Of a stretch of DNA of 64,000 nucleotides, positions 11,912 to 25,259 are shown piece by piece. The stretch's first letter is position 1. Every line of letters begins with the position of its first letter. The notes under the pieces are model-generated. The model did no database searches. It was given only the letters and a program-made list of their open reading frames with translations, and was not told the origin of the DNA. A program made the position numbers and the translations under genes. The stretch lies in contig JAHLWZ010000231.1 in NCBI GenBank assembly GCA_020536535.1, positions 62,001 through 126,000 of the forward strand, in the 5' to 3' direction. This DNA comes from Pelomyxa schiedti (taxonomy: Eukaryota; Protista; Evosea).

Positions 11912-14900
11912 ATGTCAGCAGCACCACGTCACGAGATACAAGTCACTTACAGAGGAGCCTCCCCTCAGATCCGAGGAACCAGCAGTTCTCCTCCCCCGAT
12001 TATTATGCCGGGCCAGTTGTTGTCGTCCTTCCCCCCCTTGTCATGTTTCCCCACGCCTTCCCCCGTATTGATCCCCGTGGCTTTTCGCGGCGACGATCAG
12101 CGCTGCGGGCGCAGTAAACAAGCGGACAGGAAACACAAGAAGAAGGAGCGGCCGCCGCGGCACCCACAACCAACTTATGGGTCGCGTGGGCGTCCACGTG
12201 CCCCCCATCCGCCCTCGCCCCCGTCTGCTCCCCAACCCAACTTGGCTCCGCCGCCTGACCCCGCAAATTTGCCCCAACAACAAAACCACGCTGCCTCGTT
12301 GTCCAATGATGATCTCCTCGCCACTACCACTTCAACAACAACAACACCAACAAGCATTCCAGCCGCCAACAACACCAACAACAATGTAGAGGGCAACGCA
12401 AGCTCGACGCCGCAGCAGAGGCAAGCATCCAGCGCGGTGTTCCGGTTTCTGGGCAAGGGCAGGCTGGGACACCAGCACAACATGAGGAGGTTCGTGGGGT
12501 GCTTGCTGCACCTGGCCGAGACCCAGCGCGGGAGGGACGTGGAGCTGCTCGAGCAACTGGGTGACTCAAAGTCGGGCAAGGGCCTTGAGCTACTCAGGGA
12601 GATTTGTCTCCACAATTCTATCCGCTTGGTGGCAGGTCGTCGTTCTATTCTGTTTGGGTTTTTTTGGTTTTTTTGGGTTTTTTTTGTTTTTTTTTTTTTT
12701 GGGTTTTTGGCTTTTTGTTTTTTTTGGTTGTTGTTTTGTTGCTTTCTTTTTCCTCCCAGTTTTCAATCAAATGTATTCTTTACTGATGATCGGCTTTTGG
12801 TGCGTAGGAAGTGACCCCATGAATTGCTCCTTCTTGAATGTCATTGTACCTCTTCTGCGCTATCTTTCACTACCTGGCGTGAGGAACAGTGTTATGCGCC
12901 AATTCTTATTGCCAGTGTACACTGAGATGAGTAGCGATACTTTCCTTCAGTCTGTTTCTAGGTGCTTGAAAGAGATGGTTCTCAGGGGAAGATTTGTCCC
13001 TGATGCAGGTAATTGAACAATATTACCATTCTAGGATGTCACACTTTTCCATCAAAAGGTTATGAGCGTCCAGGTTCTGCAACTGAGTCACTTCCAGCTT
13101 TTTGGACACCCTCTTCAACCCTTGAAATCATTGCCCCTATTGCACAGTTCCTTCTCCGTCTTCTTCAACTCTTCCAGGAGAAATCCAGTGACCCAACCAT
13201 TTTGAATTGCATCGCGTCAGTGAAAGCTCTCACTGAAGCACTACCAGAGAGAGAGCCCTCTTCATCTTCAGATAAAGGAATCAACAGTGACTTGCATCAG
13301 TCCCTTGACTATCTCCTTCGCATGACTACCAGAAAGGCATCAATAGTACATGAAAAACCACTTGGACTTCTTGCTAGTACCACAACCTTGCAAACAATTG
13401 TTCCAGTTATTGAAGACAAGAGCTGCCCTGGGGAGATCTGTGCAGATGGGCCGCGTCATGATAACGACCATATGGACATATCACACATCCAGGTTAGGTT
13501 CTTGCTTGCATGTATGCTGGAGTCCTTAGCACTTACATAAGCTAGGTTGCCCCGACACCAGAAGAGATAATATGCAGGAGAAACTCTTGGCTCCCTCGGA
13601 ATAATCACAAGGGGTTCCATTTCCTCCCAGCAGGAACGGTTGAAAGACACTTAGACACTCTTTTTCGCCTTCAAGTAATTAATACACCACTTAACCAGTC
13701 AAACTAACGCTTATTTCCAGCGGCAAGATATGATACAACCACTTATCTCTGGTATTCAGTCTCTTGTATTCAGCAACCAGACCATAGTACAACCAAATGG
13801 CTTTGAGTTGGCCACCCGTGTCCTTTCGGGGCAGGCCATTAAGGCAACTTGTGATGAGATGGGTGATATATTTATCTACCGACACGTTCAACCAGAGCAA
13901 ATACTGGAATCATCTCGTTCCTTTGCGACAGGCATCTCTTTCTTGGTGTCATTTGATCAACTACCATGGCTGGAGAAGGGTAGTAAACAGCAAAGGGAGG
14001 CCTTTTGGGACAGAAGCAAGCGATTGCAATCAGGATCCCTTGCCATTTTATGGGCTGTAGACCATAGTGTAAGCAAAGGGGTAGCACAGCCAATTGTTCA
14101 ACCCTGCATTGTGGCAAGAAGAAGAAATGAGGAAATGATCCATGACCGGCCGATGATTGGGATTACACCATGCAAAGGACATTCTCCAGTAGGCATTCAA
14201 CAAATTCTGTCACAACCATCAGAGTTGGTCCTTCTGACCACAAATAGCGGGTATTGCATTGAAAGTAAGGATCGAAAATTTAAAATCAATCAGGTACTTC
14301 GCAGCATATGGACCAATTCTTGAGGCTTTGAAGGAGACCTTCTTGGAAAGAAGTCTTCCTCTACACCAGTTCTTGATAGGACATGGAGCTCTGAATGACG
14401 GCGTCCAACCTCCACGTTATCTTTCCGGACAGCAACTAGAATGGGCTTCTTTGTGTACACAAAAGGATGTAAGGTCTCTTAAAGCAAGCGTTTTGGATTT
14501 CCCCATTCAAGTCTTGAGAGAAAATTCCACGTTGGATGCGTCACAACTTAATGCTCTTCAAGGGTGCCTGACAAGAGAGTTGGCACTTGTGCAAGGTAGT
14601 GTGTAAAACTTCTTACTTTATACTTTTAAGACAAATCAAGGTCCACCTGGAACCGGAAAAACGTACCTAGGTATTGCCCTTATGAGCCTCCTTATTGCAA
14701 ATCGACCTATTGTTCCCCTCCCTATACTGTATGAGCATAAAAAGACTTGCAATTATTCTTCTGAAGTTACATTTCAGGTGTGTGTGCTACACAAACCATG
14801 CACTTGACCAGTTTTTACTTGGGCTTCTGAATAACAAAGTGACGGGTATCGTTCGGTGCGGAGGACAGAGTAGATCAAGTGCACTAGACCACTACAATTT

Positions 14901-17900
14901 GCATGAAATAGTAAAAATGCAACGATCGGATATTAACAAGAGACACAGCCGTTACCAGTATGCCATGGCAACAAGTAAAACTTTCTCTTCTCCATGCTTG
15001 GAGTAAAACTCTATCGTAGAGGAACTCAAGGAAATCAATGAGCAACTTGCAGAACTCGTGAAAGAGTTGAACAAAATATCTCCCAACGACAACAATCCTG
15101 ATTGGAAAATAATCAGAAATCTTCTGCCCCCTAAATATCTTCCACAGTATCATGCGCTTCATCTTTTGTCCCGTTTTTAAAAGGCATCTAGGTTTGACCT
15201 TTCAGTAAACAACAGTCATGAAGTCCATTCTGAAAGCTCTGATGAATATGATATACCCCAAGCTCAGGATAACGATGATGGCTCCTGGGAAGTTCAAGAT
15301 TCTGAAAAACCAAGTTCAAAGTGGAAGAGATGGATGAAAGTACCAATATAGAACATAGACAATATTAGTTCTAACGCTTTCATAGGGTGGAACCTCTGCA
15401 CATAAAGCTCAGTCAATACTGTGGGATTCATGGGGAACTGATATTTGGAGCTGGAGTCTGGAAAAAAGAAGAGAAAAAGTTCATCAGTGGATTGAAGAAC
15501 ACCAAAGTTCCCTGAGAATGGAATTTGAGTCTCTGTCCAAACGGTACACATCTGTTGCAACACAACGAAGAGGTTCTATCTCAACTGCTTTAATATCTTT
15601 TATTGAAACGAATATACCAGAACTGGAAGAACAAGATATGTTGGCAATACTTAAGGATGCAACTGTGGTTGGGATGACAACAACGGGAGCAGCGAAAAAT
15701 CAACAGCTTATTCGTGCTCTGGCACCAAAAATCGTTGTCTGCGAGGAGGCTGGTGAAGTATTGGAGTCACACATTCTCTCTTGCTTGTGTTCAGATACAA
15801 GACATATCATCCTCATTGGTGACCACCAGCAACTCAGGCCAAAGTGTGAGCTCTATACACTCACAATGGACAGTAAGCAGGGCTATAATCTAGATATGTC
15901 GCTTTTTGAGCGGCTGGTTGTGGTTGAAAAGACAGTTCCACATGTGTCACTGCAGATACAAAGGCGCATGTTGCCCTCTATTGCTGACCTAATTCGAGGT
16001 TATTCTTTTCAATTTCGTTTTCATGTTCACCCACCGTTTTTTTTTAGGTACTTTGTATCCTCATCTTCAAGACCACGATACTTGTGCTGCATACCCACCT
16101 GTGGCTGGCCTGGCATCACCCTTGTGGTTTTTCACGCATACCCACAATGAAGATAAGTCCAAAGGAGATGAAGGAGGCCTTCACTCCCACTCTAATGCTT
16201 ATGAAGTCGCCATGGCAATAGGTAGGAATAAACATGTTCTTGCTTGTTTGTAACTTTTTTTAACCAGGACTTGCGCGGTACCTTCTGCAGCAAGGGTCTT
16301 ATGCAAAGGATGAAGTAATTGCTTTACATTAGTGTTTACCCTAATATCCGGTTTCTTCAAAAGATCACAATTTTGACCCCATACATTGGCCAACTTCTAC
16401 TACTAAGAGATGCTTTAACTCGCTGCAATACAAGAGTTGTTATTGGTGACCGTGATGCCCAACTCCTAGAAGAGAAAGAAGACTCTATCTCCCTTGATCG
16501 GCTGAGGCCACAAGCCGCTGTAACAAGCGTACCTCTCAAAGGCCAGGTCCGCCTTGTCAGTGTTGACAACTTTCAAGGGGAAGAAAGCTCAGTTGTTATT
16601 GGTATGTCTGCCACGCCACTTTCAAAATCTCAGGAATCTGTTTAGTATCTCTTGTACGAAGCAACCCGCAAAACATGATTGGCTTCCTGAACTCTTCAAA
16701 CAGAACAAACGTTCTACTCTCCCGTGCCAAGCATGGGCTTTATCTTATTGGGAACTCCAGTTGCATCCGTCAATCTAGGAATCAAATGTGGGGTAGTATA
16801 TTGGATATTCTTGAAAAAAAGGGAGCAATAGGTAGACTTACGCCGTTTTCTTATATTTTTTTTTTATTCATTTTTTCTTCAGGAAATTATCTTCCACTCA
16901 AATGTGCAAGACACCCTGAGACCATCTCAAAAATATTTTCCCCAGAGGAATTTACTTCAAAAGTGTATGATGGAGGTTGTGCACTGGTTTGCAATGCCCG
17001 TCTCCCTTGTGGGCACACTTGTGAGCGCCGCTGTCATCCAAATATGAAAGTATTGGAGTTGTGTTTTTGAAACTATCTAAAGTTATTTATAACAGGAACA
17101 CCAACTACAAGCTTGTCTCAAGCCTTGCATCCGCATCCCAAAACATTGCCCTTTCCAACACCCTTGCATGAAGTTGTGCTGTGATAAGTGTGATCCTTGC
17201 AACACAGAAGTTAAGGATGCTAAGCTTCCGTGCGGACATCTTGCCACGATCAAGTGCTACCAAGTGCACAACCTTGGGCAAATTGCTTGTGATGCTAAGG
17301 TACAGTTTGTGTATCAGGGTGGGGTTTTTTAACAAAATCTGGAAGGTATCATTGACATTTACACTCTGCGGGCACTCTCTGACCACCACTTGCCACGAAT
17401 CGCGTTCTTCTCAGCTTAAGTGCGTGGATACATGTGGTGTTGCACTTGAATGTGGTCATGCGTGCTCAAACCCTTGCACAACATGTCAAGAAAAGAGTGC
17501 CTCCGTTCCTCCCCCTTCGGTTCATGGTCCTTGCACTCAACTGTGTGGAAGGTTTGTGTGATCTTCATTTAGTACGATTCACCTTTTTTTTTCCCAGGGC
17601 TCTCTTCTGTGGACATAAGTGCACTTCCCCCTGCCACCCACCAACAAAATCTTGTCCACCCTGCGTGGCAAGATGTTCAATGAAGTGTGTGCACTCTGAG
17701 TGCAAGGGCAATTGTAATGAGGCATGCTCCCTCTGTGCTGAGTGCTGCACATGGTCTTGCGAACACCAAGGCCCCTGTCCCCTTCCATGTGGGGCTCCAT
17801 GCACAAGGTTTCTATTTTGTTTTTCTTCATTGAATTTTCTGAAACTATGTGCTACAAGGCTGCCCTGCAACGAAAGGTGCAATAAGAAGCTCGGATGTGG

Positions 17901-19544
17901 GCACCAGTGCCCCTCAGTCTGTGGAGAACCCTGTCCAAACAAGGAGTACTGCCCAATTTGTGGGACGCAGAACAACAGAGACCGAGTTGTAGATTTCATC
18001 AGCTTCACAACTCTTCAGGAACACTTCGAAGTATGTCATCCCAATCTGTTTGGGAATCTGAATGATTTATAATGTATCAAGACTCCCTCTGTTGAACCAG
18101 TGGTTGTCCTTGCGTGTGGTCATGTCTATACAGTTTCAACCCTGGACAATATCTTTGAACTCTCGCGTTATTATCAATCCACGGTTTCTCCAGACTCAAC
18201 TCTCCCTCTGTTCACCGGGCTTTTGCCACTGTACTCGTCATCTTCCATTGCGGTCGACCCAGAGTCAACTCCCAAAGAAATGGCCGTTGTCAAAGGATGC
18301 CCGGAGTGCAGGCTACCAATAATTGGTGTTTATCGTTATGGTCGACCTTTGAACTTTGCTCTACTTGCCAGCGTACAGAGGTTATTTTGATTAAATTCAA
18401 ACGGCCACTAACAGTTACTGCACAGGAAGTTCCTACAACAGCAGCTGACTCTCCTTTTTAACATTGCTGAAGCAATTTCTACTCTATCCTCTGATACCAA
18501 GCCTCTTCACCAACTTAAGGAAGCTTATTCTCTCAGCAGCAAGTGTCGAGTAGCCGCTCTCAAAGCCACACCACCTTCAGTTCTGATGTATAATGCCACA
18601 CAAGCTGCTTTGAAAAGGCAACATGCACTCAATGCAGATGCAGCTGCAAAACTGAAGGCTGCAACCCCGACCCCAATCTCTGCTTTGGTCAATGACATGC
18701 CCAGCCCGGACACACGTACCAAGTGTTTAGCATGTGCGTACTATGCGGAAGTTGTATCACTTGCCGCGAATGCACTTCTGGTACTTCCTGCAGAGGAATT
18801 ATCTCCCACAAAGAGCATTTCAGTGACAGTTGGGGACAAAACAAAGTAACTGCAAAAGATTGTTCCTCATCTCACCGAATTGTAGGACTTTGACCACAGG
18901 GGGATTGCCAAACTTACAGAAGGAATTCAACGAAGCTTCGTCAATGGCACTAGACGCTCTTGCAGATGCTCTAGCCCACAAGTCCCTTAAAACTGCCTCG
19001 GAAGTAGCCCGCGCTTTGTGCAGGTTACATCACGCACAAGCTAGGGTCATAGACAAAAGCCAAGGCAACCCGAAAGAAAGAGACCAAGTCATAAAAGTCG
19101 CACTCGACGCTATCGGCAGGGTCTTTGCATGTTGTCCCTCCGTATTCCCGCGCATGGATTCGCTCATTCACACATATCCACGCAGGTGGCATCGACGACC
19201 CCGACCTGCGCCAGCTCGAAGTGGTGCTCAAGAAGTACGGGGAAGGCCTTACAGTTGAAGAAAAGAGAGCGATATTCTCCGCCATGAAGCTTAGTGCCGC
19301 GACCGGTTCCTACGGGGGCCACTGGTACCAATGCTCCAACGGCCACATCTATACAATCGGCGAGTGTGGTGGGGCCATGGAGACCTCTACTTGTCCTGAG
19401 TGCGGCGAACAGATAGGTACACAAAACAGCCCCCTCTTACCGCTGGCACAACACTAACACCACAAAGGAGGGGGTCACCACCATCTCGTTGGAACTAGCC
19501 AGGTTGCTTCCAGTTTCTTGCAAGAGATTGGAAGCACCGAGTAG
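11912..19544 (+). CDS. ZNFX1: ZNFX1-like UPF1/SF1B RNA helicase with NFX1-type zinc fingers, a RING-like segment and a C-terminal RZ finger
   Basis: Spliced Walker A QGPPGTGKT (intron 14596-14640); CYTNHALDQFL; GMTTTGAA; EEAGEVLE; LIGDHQQLRP; SLFERL; VDNFQGEE; NVLLSRAKHG. Cys/His-rich NFX1 repeats at about 16970-17970; LACGH..CPECRLPI; GHWYQCSNGHIYTIGECGGAMETSTCPECGEQIGG. Stop TAG at 19542-19544. Confidence 0.92.
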
Positions 19545-19643
19545 GGTTGGTGGAATGGTTTGTTGTAATTTGTTGGGTTGGCCAGTTTAAAATAAAACAA
19601 AAATCCACCTTCGATTTTCTTGGCTTTTGTTTTGCCCGTCACT

Positions 19644-22595
19644 TTATACGAGGAGAGAAGTGTCACAAAGCGGGTAGACGTTGATTCGGCCGCTTGGGTT
19701 TGTCAGAGGGATGTAAGGAAAAGGGGTGGGCTGATACTGTGCACATTGAAAAGGAAGCCGGCACTGCGACAGTCTCGACAGGAGGTCTTCACATTCGGAT
19801 TTTTGCAGCCTGTCTCCAAACATGATGGCACCTGTGCTTTGGGTGAGTACTAGTTGTTAGGATGCAAAGACATACTCCGGCAAGCTTTTGAAGCTAAAAT
19901 GGTGAGAACTGAAGGCGGTTTTGTGAAGGCAGACCCTGAAGCTTTGGAGAGGGCAAGTAAGAACTGAGTGAGGTCTTCACAAGTCAACACGACTCCAATT
20001 ACAACAGGCACCCGTGTGGTTCTCACTGGAATCCAAGCTTGTACTGCCCTTTCTTGTGTGTTTACATATTGTGGGTGACAAATGAAGCCCCAGGCAGATA
20101 CATTCTCTAAATAGTGGTTAAAGGTGTTACTGAGCCTCGATCAGGTGCCTTGATACAGCTCAAGTAACTGCACCTCGTGGGCTGAAAGGGACCAAGTCCA
20201 ATCACCACATCGATATTGCACATTGTGCTCATTGCCATTACGTCCAAAAACCTTCAATGTAATCATTAGTTAGATTCCCTTTTTTTCTTGCAGAAGAACC
20301 TCATTCTCAAATTCTTCAAGTTTAATCCTCTCATGGACGGCGTGTTGATCAAAAGCGTACCTTCGTGAATAGGTTGATCAGAAAAGCACGCCGGGTACTT
20401 ACACAGAAGTGTTTATTTTTGCTAGAATGTATTTGAGGTCAACTTGACAGATTGCTTGCATTCCAGTGAGCATTTCTTTAGTGACTGGTTTCGGAGTGCA
20501 CACTTTGAAACATACTGGAACAGAAGGTAAGGGACACGAACTTGTGGGTGCTGCCAAAGAAGTAACTGTGGTTTCTGTGGATAGTACTGGTTTTAGTGCA
20601 AGTGTTGCCGTTGGGATTTGTTTCTGAGGAGCTCCAGTATGATGAGATAAAGTGGATGAATCTTCATTGAAATCCTGGTATTCGTTATGTAAGAAGAAGG
20701 GAAGGTAAATTCGAACTTTGGTCTTTCTCACACTGGGGAATTCGCTCGGTCCTCTCCTGGAAAAGTGTGAAAAGGATTTGCGGTGAGGGCATACAAAAAA
20801 GCAGGAGGAGCTGAGGAGCAACGCCTTCTTCTTGCGAGAGGTTTAGAGGATATCTCCCGGTGGATATTTGTGTGTACTGGGCTGGATGTGGTGGTAGGAT
20901 AATGTACTTTTGGAGGGGTTATTTTTCCTGTTTCGCATGTTCTTGCCTTCTTTGGTGGAGAAATTGAAGAAACTGTGGGTTGTGTTGCGAGTGGTTTAGT
21001 TGCTGGAACTATTGATACACAATGAGCATTTGGTGGGTCACTTGATTGAGAAGTGGCCAATTCCACCTGGGGAAGTGACCCACAGAGACCACAGATGGAT
21101 ATGTCAGCTATAAGAAGTCACCTCTGGGGAAAAAATGGGGGAAAGGCTACACGAATTCAGAGCTTCTATTCCATAGATAGAACATGTAATGAGACTGGAT
21201 AAAATGCGTAAAGGAGTGGTGGAATCCTACATTTTCAGTTGTTAAGCGCTTGAAAAAAAAACAGTGACGCACCTGGAAGACAATCCCCAAATTTTCAGTC
21301 GTTGTGGAGAAGAAATCGACCAAAGAAGGAGGGCATGAAAGCATTATGATGAATACAGGGTATCGATCACATGTTCTTGGTTTGTCAGTGATACGCAGAC
21401 GATTCTCAACAGACCTTACCTCACTCTTCTATCATCACTGGAATATAATTTACCAAATATTGTATTTATTTCCTTCTGAAAAACGGATTTGTGGAGCCAC
21501 TTCCCATTGATATGTAATTGAGTCAAGGAGTGTTCAATAAGCAGTATAGTAACTAGAAATGTAGGATATAAAAAAATTGCAAATCCTGATTGCCCAATCA
21601 CATAAGGGAAATTGAGAAAAGTAGAAGATACCTTGCTGGTATAGGGTCTGGCTGTTGGGGATTGAATATACCCAGTAAAGTGGTATAAATTGTGATTGTG
21701 GGAGGGGAGTGGTTGTAGGGAAAGAGCAATATCTGAGCCAAATAAATCACCAAAAACTGCAACGGAAGTGCCCCGCTACTTCACATGTCAAAGGCTATTA
21801 TACAATGTGTGCATCGCTTTACTGCTATTGTAGAGAGTATGCGAGTCCCCTTGTGGGAATATAAAACGATCGAGGTATTTGGATGCAATAGAGCCAATGC
21901 TTCAAGTGATTGTTTTAATCTGTGTGTAATTGACTCTGCACTGGTTGATGTCTTTCTGCGTGCTGGATACATATAAAAGAGATCTTGGGCCTGTTATATG
22001 TGAATTCTCGATTGGCATTCACTCTCTTGTATACCCGAATTGTTGTGCCAGTTGCACGGCCCTCCTCTGCAGCAGCCAGTGACAGAGTTTTCCCACCCTT
22101 TTTGAGTGTGGTAGGTTAGGGAAAAAATAGCGGGGGTAATTAATATACATGAAAGGTTTTGGTGAAGGTTTGAGGGCTTCCAGCCGCTCTAGAAGTTATT
22201 CTCAGAAAACAACATCGGGCCAAGTTTGCCAGAGACTCCCCACGCCCCGCGGGCAGAACTTCCTCAGAGCACTCTTTTGATGTCACTGCATTTGAGGTCA
22301 AATTGAGTGTTTTTGGCCAGTGCTCCACATCGTGTCCAATACAACAAGCAGGGAAGGCGTAAAACTAACTTAATCGCTGCCCTACAAACTGCATCTGGTC
22401 CGCTTGTATTCCACACCCATTGTCGCGTACTTCGAACGAGAAAGTGACAGGATCGAACGTAGTCTCCACTCGCGTCGCTCCTGCCTCAATGCTATTTGCC
22501 ACACACAACAACACAGCTTCACACAGTGACGGAACACCCAGCGTAGATCTCAGATCCTCGGCACACTCGCTCTCCACCTTTCTGATTCGCTGCAT
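19644..22595 (-). CDS. MLH3: MutL-family mismatch-repair/meiotic endonuclease, MLH3-like
   Basis: GHKL motifs NSIEAGA..VRDNGCGI..GRGESL. Spliced endonuclease motif DQHAVHERIKLEE (DQHA-x2-E-x4-E), SKACR, AIMFGDRL and FQCAHGR (MLH3-type C-terminus). Stop TAA at 19644-19646. Confidence 0.85.
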
Positions 22596-22973
22596 TTTTT
22601 TTTTTTTCAAATAATGAACTGGTGTACGAACCTGGCCAAACAAGTGCGAAGAAGGGAAAAAAAAATCTGCAAGGCAATTCGCAACATGGAGAAAGAAAGG
22701 ATAAAAGTTTTGTTGTCCCTAACCTGGCAAGAGTCAGGGTGTGATTTGCTAATGTACAGATTTGCCAGGCCCACTACCAACAACGAGTTACCGTTGCCGG
22801 CTGGGATTTGGCTTTTCTGTTTGGGGGTTGTGTGGGAGTTATGGGATAGGCAATAAAAGGGGGCTAGGGGGGAGAGGGGGGCTTGGGATTCTTCACCCAC
22901 CCCATTTCTTCAATGGGGTGGGGAATGGCATATTGTCCTGTTGTCCTGTTCCCACCCAGCCATGCGGCCGGCT

Positions 22974-24218
22974 TCAGAAGCACAGCATGAGCCCCTGGTT
23001 GTGTTGTTGGGGGTGAGAGGGTGTGGCTGCGCAGGTGTCCGGGAGCCCTGTGGTGGTGCGCTGATTGCGCATCATTTGTAGGTGCAAGGCTGCAGCTTCC
23101 TGCATCACTTGCTCTTGGTGCTCAGACACCCAGTGGGAGGCCAATTCCGTTTGGGAGAGCTGTTGTTGTGGGGGGTACTGGTTGGCAGCTGATGTGCGGG
23201 GTGCTTTGTATGAGTTGACTGTGGTGTGAGTCACCGCCGGGTGAGAGCGCTTGATTCGCTGTGGGTTGCCCTGCTGCTGGTCCACTTGCGGAGGCGGAGT
23301 AGAGAAGCGAGGAGGGCACGTAAAAGAAGGAGTCACAACAGGGTGGACTTGGTACTGGGAGCAATCCTTGTCCGCGTAAGTCATTTCCTGTGACACCGGG
23401 GATACTGAGGTTCCAGTGTAAAGAGGACCAGATGAGGTAGGGGAAGGTTTGACAGTAGCCGTGACCACTTCCACAGTGGTTACTTGAAGTTGAGGAGATG
23501 GGGGTGGGGCTGGTGTGCTGGAAGGAGAAGGGGAGCCAGGAGGGGTTGTGCACTCCAAGCCCTGGTTAGGTTCCTGGGCTGGTAGACCTGCAAAACTATA
23601 AGGACGGGGGTGTCGGGAATAAGGTGATACCTGTGATTGCTGTTACAGCATCATCATACTGAGCAAAGCTCTCGGGGGTTATGTAAAGATCGAACTGAAC
23701 CATCTTGAGTTGAGTGAGTTCCAAAGCGTTCATCTCTAGCATTGAGACTCCTCCAACTTTGGCGTAGAACTTGTTGGAGTAGAAACTGTCCTCGTAAAAT
23801 TTCAAGGCCGTTACTAAACTGACACAAGGTCAGGTGCGAGTAAGGCTAAGGTTGCCAAAACTCACCACGAAAGAAGTAACCGGTGAGCATTTTTCTCGGT
23901 AAGGAAGAACAAGGGGTTCTTCTCGAGAATACGGTCGATAAAGACCAAAGCGGCTACCATAGTTGTTCGGTTACAGCCACTATACTGCTCAAGTCTATGT
24001 GTTGGGGGGGAAAAAAAAAACAGAAAAAAAAGAGTTAATAAGCGAGAAACACAGTAATACGAGCGATACCGTTTTATGTAAGACTCTAAAGTAATTCCTG
24101 GGACTCGTGCAGCTTCAAAGGCGGTGTTTTGGGGGGGACTTGATTGTACGAAGGGTCTTTGAGCCTCGATAAGACGTGTCAATAGACGCGAGATCTGGAC
24201 GTATATAGGTGACTCCAT
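22974..24218 (-). CDS. PHO80/U-type cyclin with a P/Q/S/T-rich C-terminal tail
   Basis: PGITLESYIKR, ALVFIDRI, NAHRLLL, KFYEDSFYSNKFYAKVGGVSMLEMNALE and FDLYI are the cyclin-U/PHO80 box motifs. GT-AG introns join the pieces. Confidence 0.9.
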
Positions 24219-24941
24219 AGTTCGTTTGACTTGCTACGCTTGTGACTCGTGGTCCACCCCCCAGGGCTTTTTTATTTTGAAGGTTTTGAAACTTTTTGTT
24301 CGTTTATTCAAATAAAGGGAGATGCCGGCAACATCCACGAAGCCCTCGGGACGAAATCCACCCAAAATGATCAAAATCAAGTGTTTGCGCAGTTAGCGGC
24401 CCATCTTAGGACCGGGGTGAATTGTCATTACTTTTAAGGCAGGCTCCACAAACAGGTACGGTCTGGGGATTCTTTTGGTGACTTGGGCTGGTGGGGTTGT
24501 TGATGTTCGTGTAAGTATGGTGTGGTTGGCGCCAAACCAGGGGCAACCAGGAATGTTTTTTGCTCTTCTTAGGACCCACAGGTGTTGTGTTGTTGTAAGT
24601 GTGTTGTGTATTATTGGTATGAGATACATGTGATAGTAGGGTTTGGTAATAATGAAAAGGAAGGTTGTGTTCACCACAGTTTGCCAGCAGTGTAAGAAGC
24701 TCTACAAAGAAATGTATGGAATAAAATAAACTGCAGACTGCTTGGCCTGGCAAAGAAAAAGATTGGTTGTGCCAAAAGAGTTATGGTCTGTTGACTATTG
24801 TTTCCCCCACATACCACACAAGTGCTTCCCTATCAGAACAGTGCTTTCCATGAATGAAACCTGAATGCCCATAGCACTGCTGTTGCCTGTTGCTGGTTGG
24901 TTGTTGGTGACTGGCCAAAAAATCCCACTGAATCAATGACT

Positions 24942-25259
24942 GTGCGTTATGGGGTGGTGGTGTGAGTTGAGGGAGAGAAGGAGGAAGAAGAAGAAGAAGA
25001 AGCCAAAAGAGGCATTCTCCCACCACTACTACCACCCACCACGCCCAACAGCAACAAACCACAATGCCCCCAAAAAAGCAAAGGATTGTGGTGGACAGAC
25101 AACCCACAATGGCAGTGCGTTATGGGGTGGTGGTGTGAGTTGAGGGAGAGAAGGAGGAAGAAGAAGAAGAAGAAGCCAAAAGAAGCATTCTCCCACCACT
25201 ACTACCACCCACCGCGCCCAGCAGCAACAAACCACAATTCCCCCAAAAAAGCAGAGGAT
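24942..25259. repeat. Direct duplication of about 145 bp with a 173-bp period, containing a (GAA)n tract
   Basis: gtgcgttatggggtggtggtgtgagttgagggagagaaggaggaagaagaagaagaagaagccaaaaga... starts at both 24942 and 25115, with only a few substitutions between the copies. Confidence 0.9.

Noticed and set aside
12650-12760. Long T-rich tract with Phe-rich ORFs
   Set aside because: An intron near the 5' end of ZNFX1; similar T-rich early introns occur in the CCT, Rab and TMC-like genes.
14591-14646. CAAGGT repeated at both ends of an intron, suggesting Introner-type insertion
   Set aside because: AG|GT is the ordinary proto-splice context, and I saw no sequence similarity between introns in this window.
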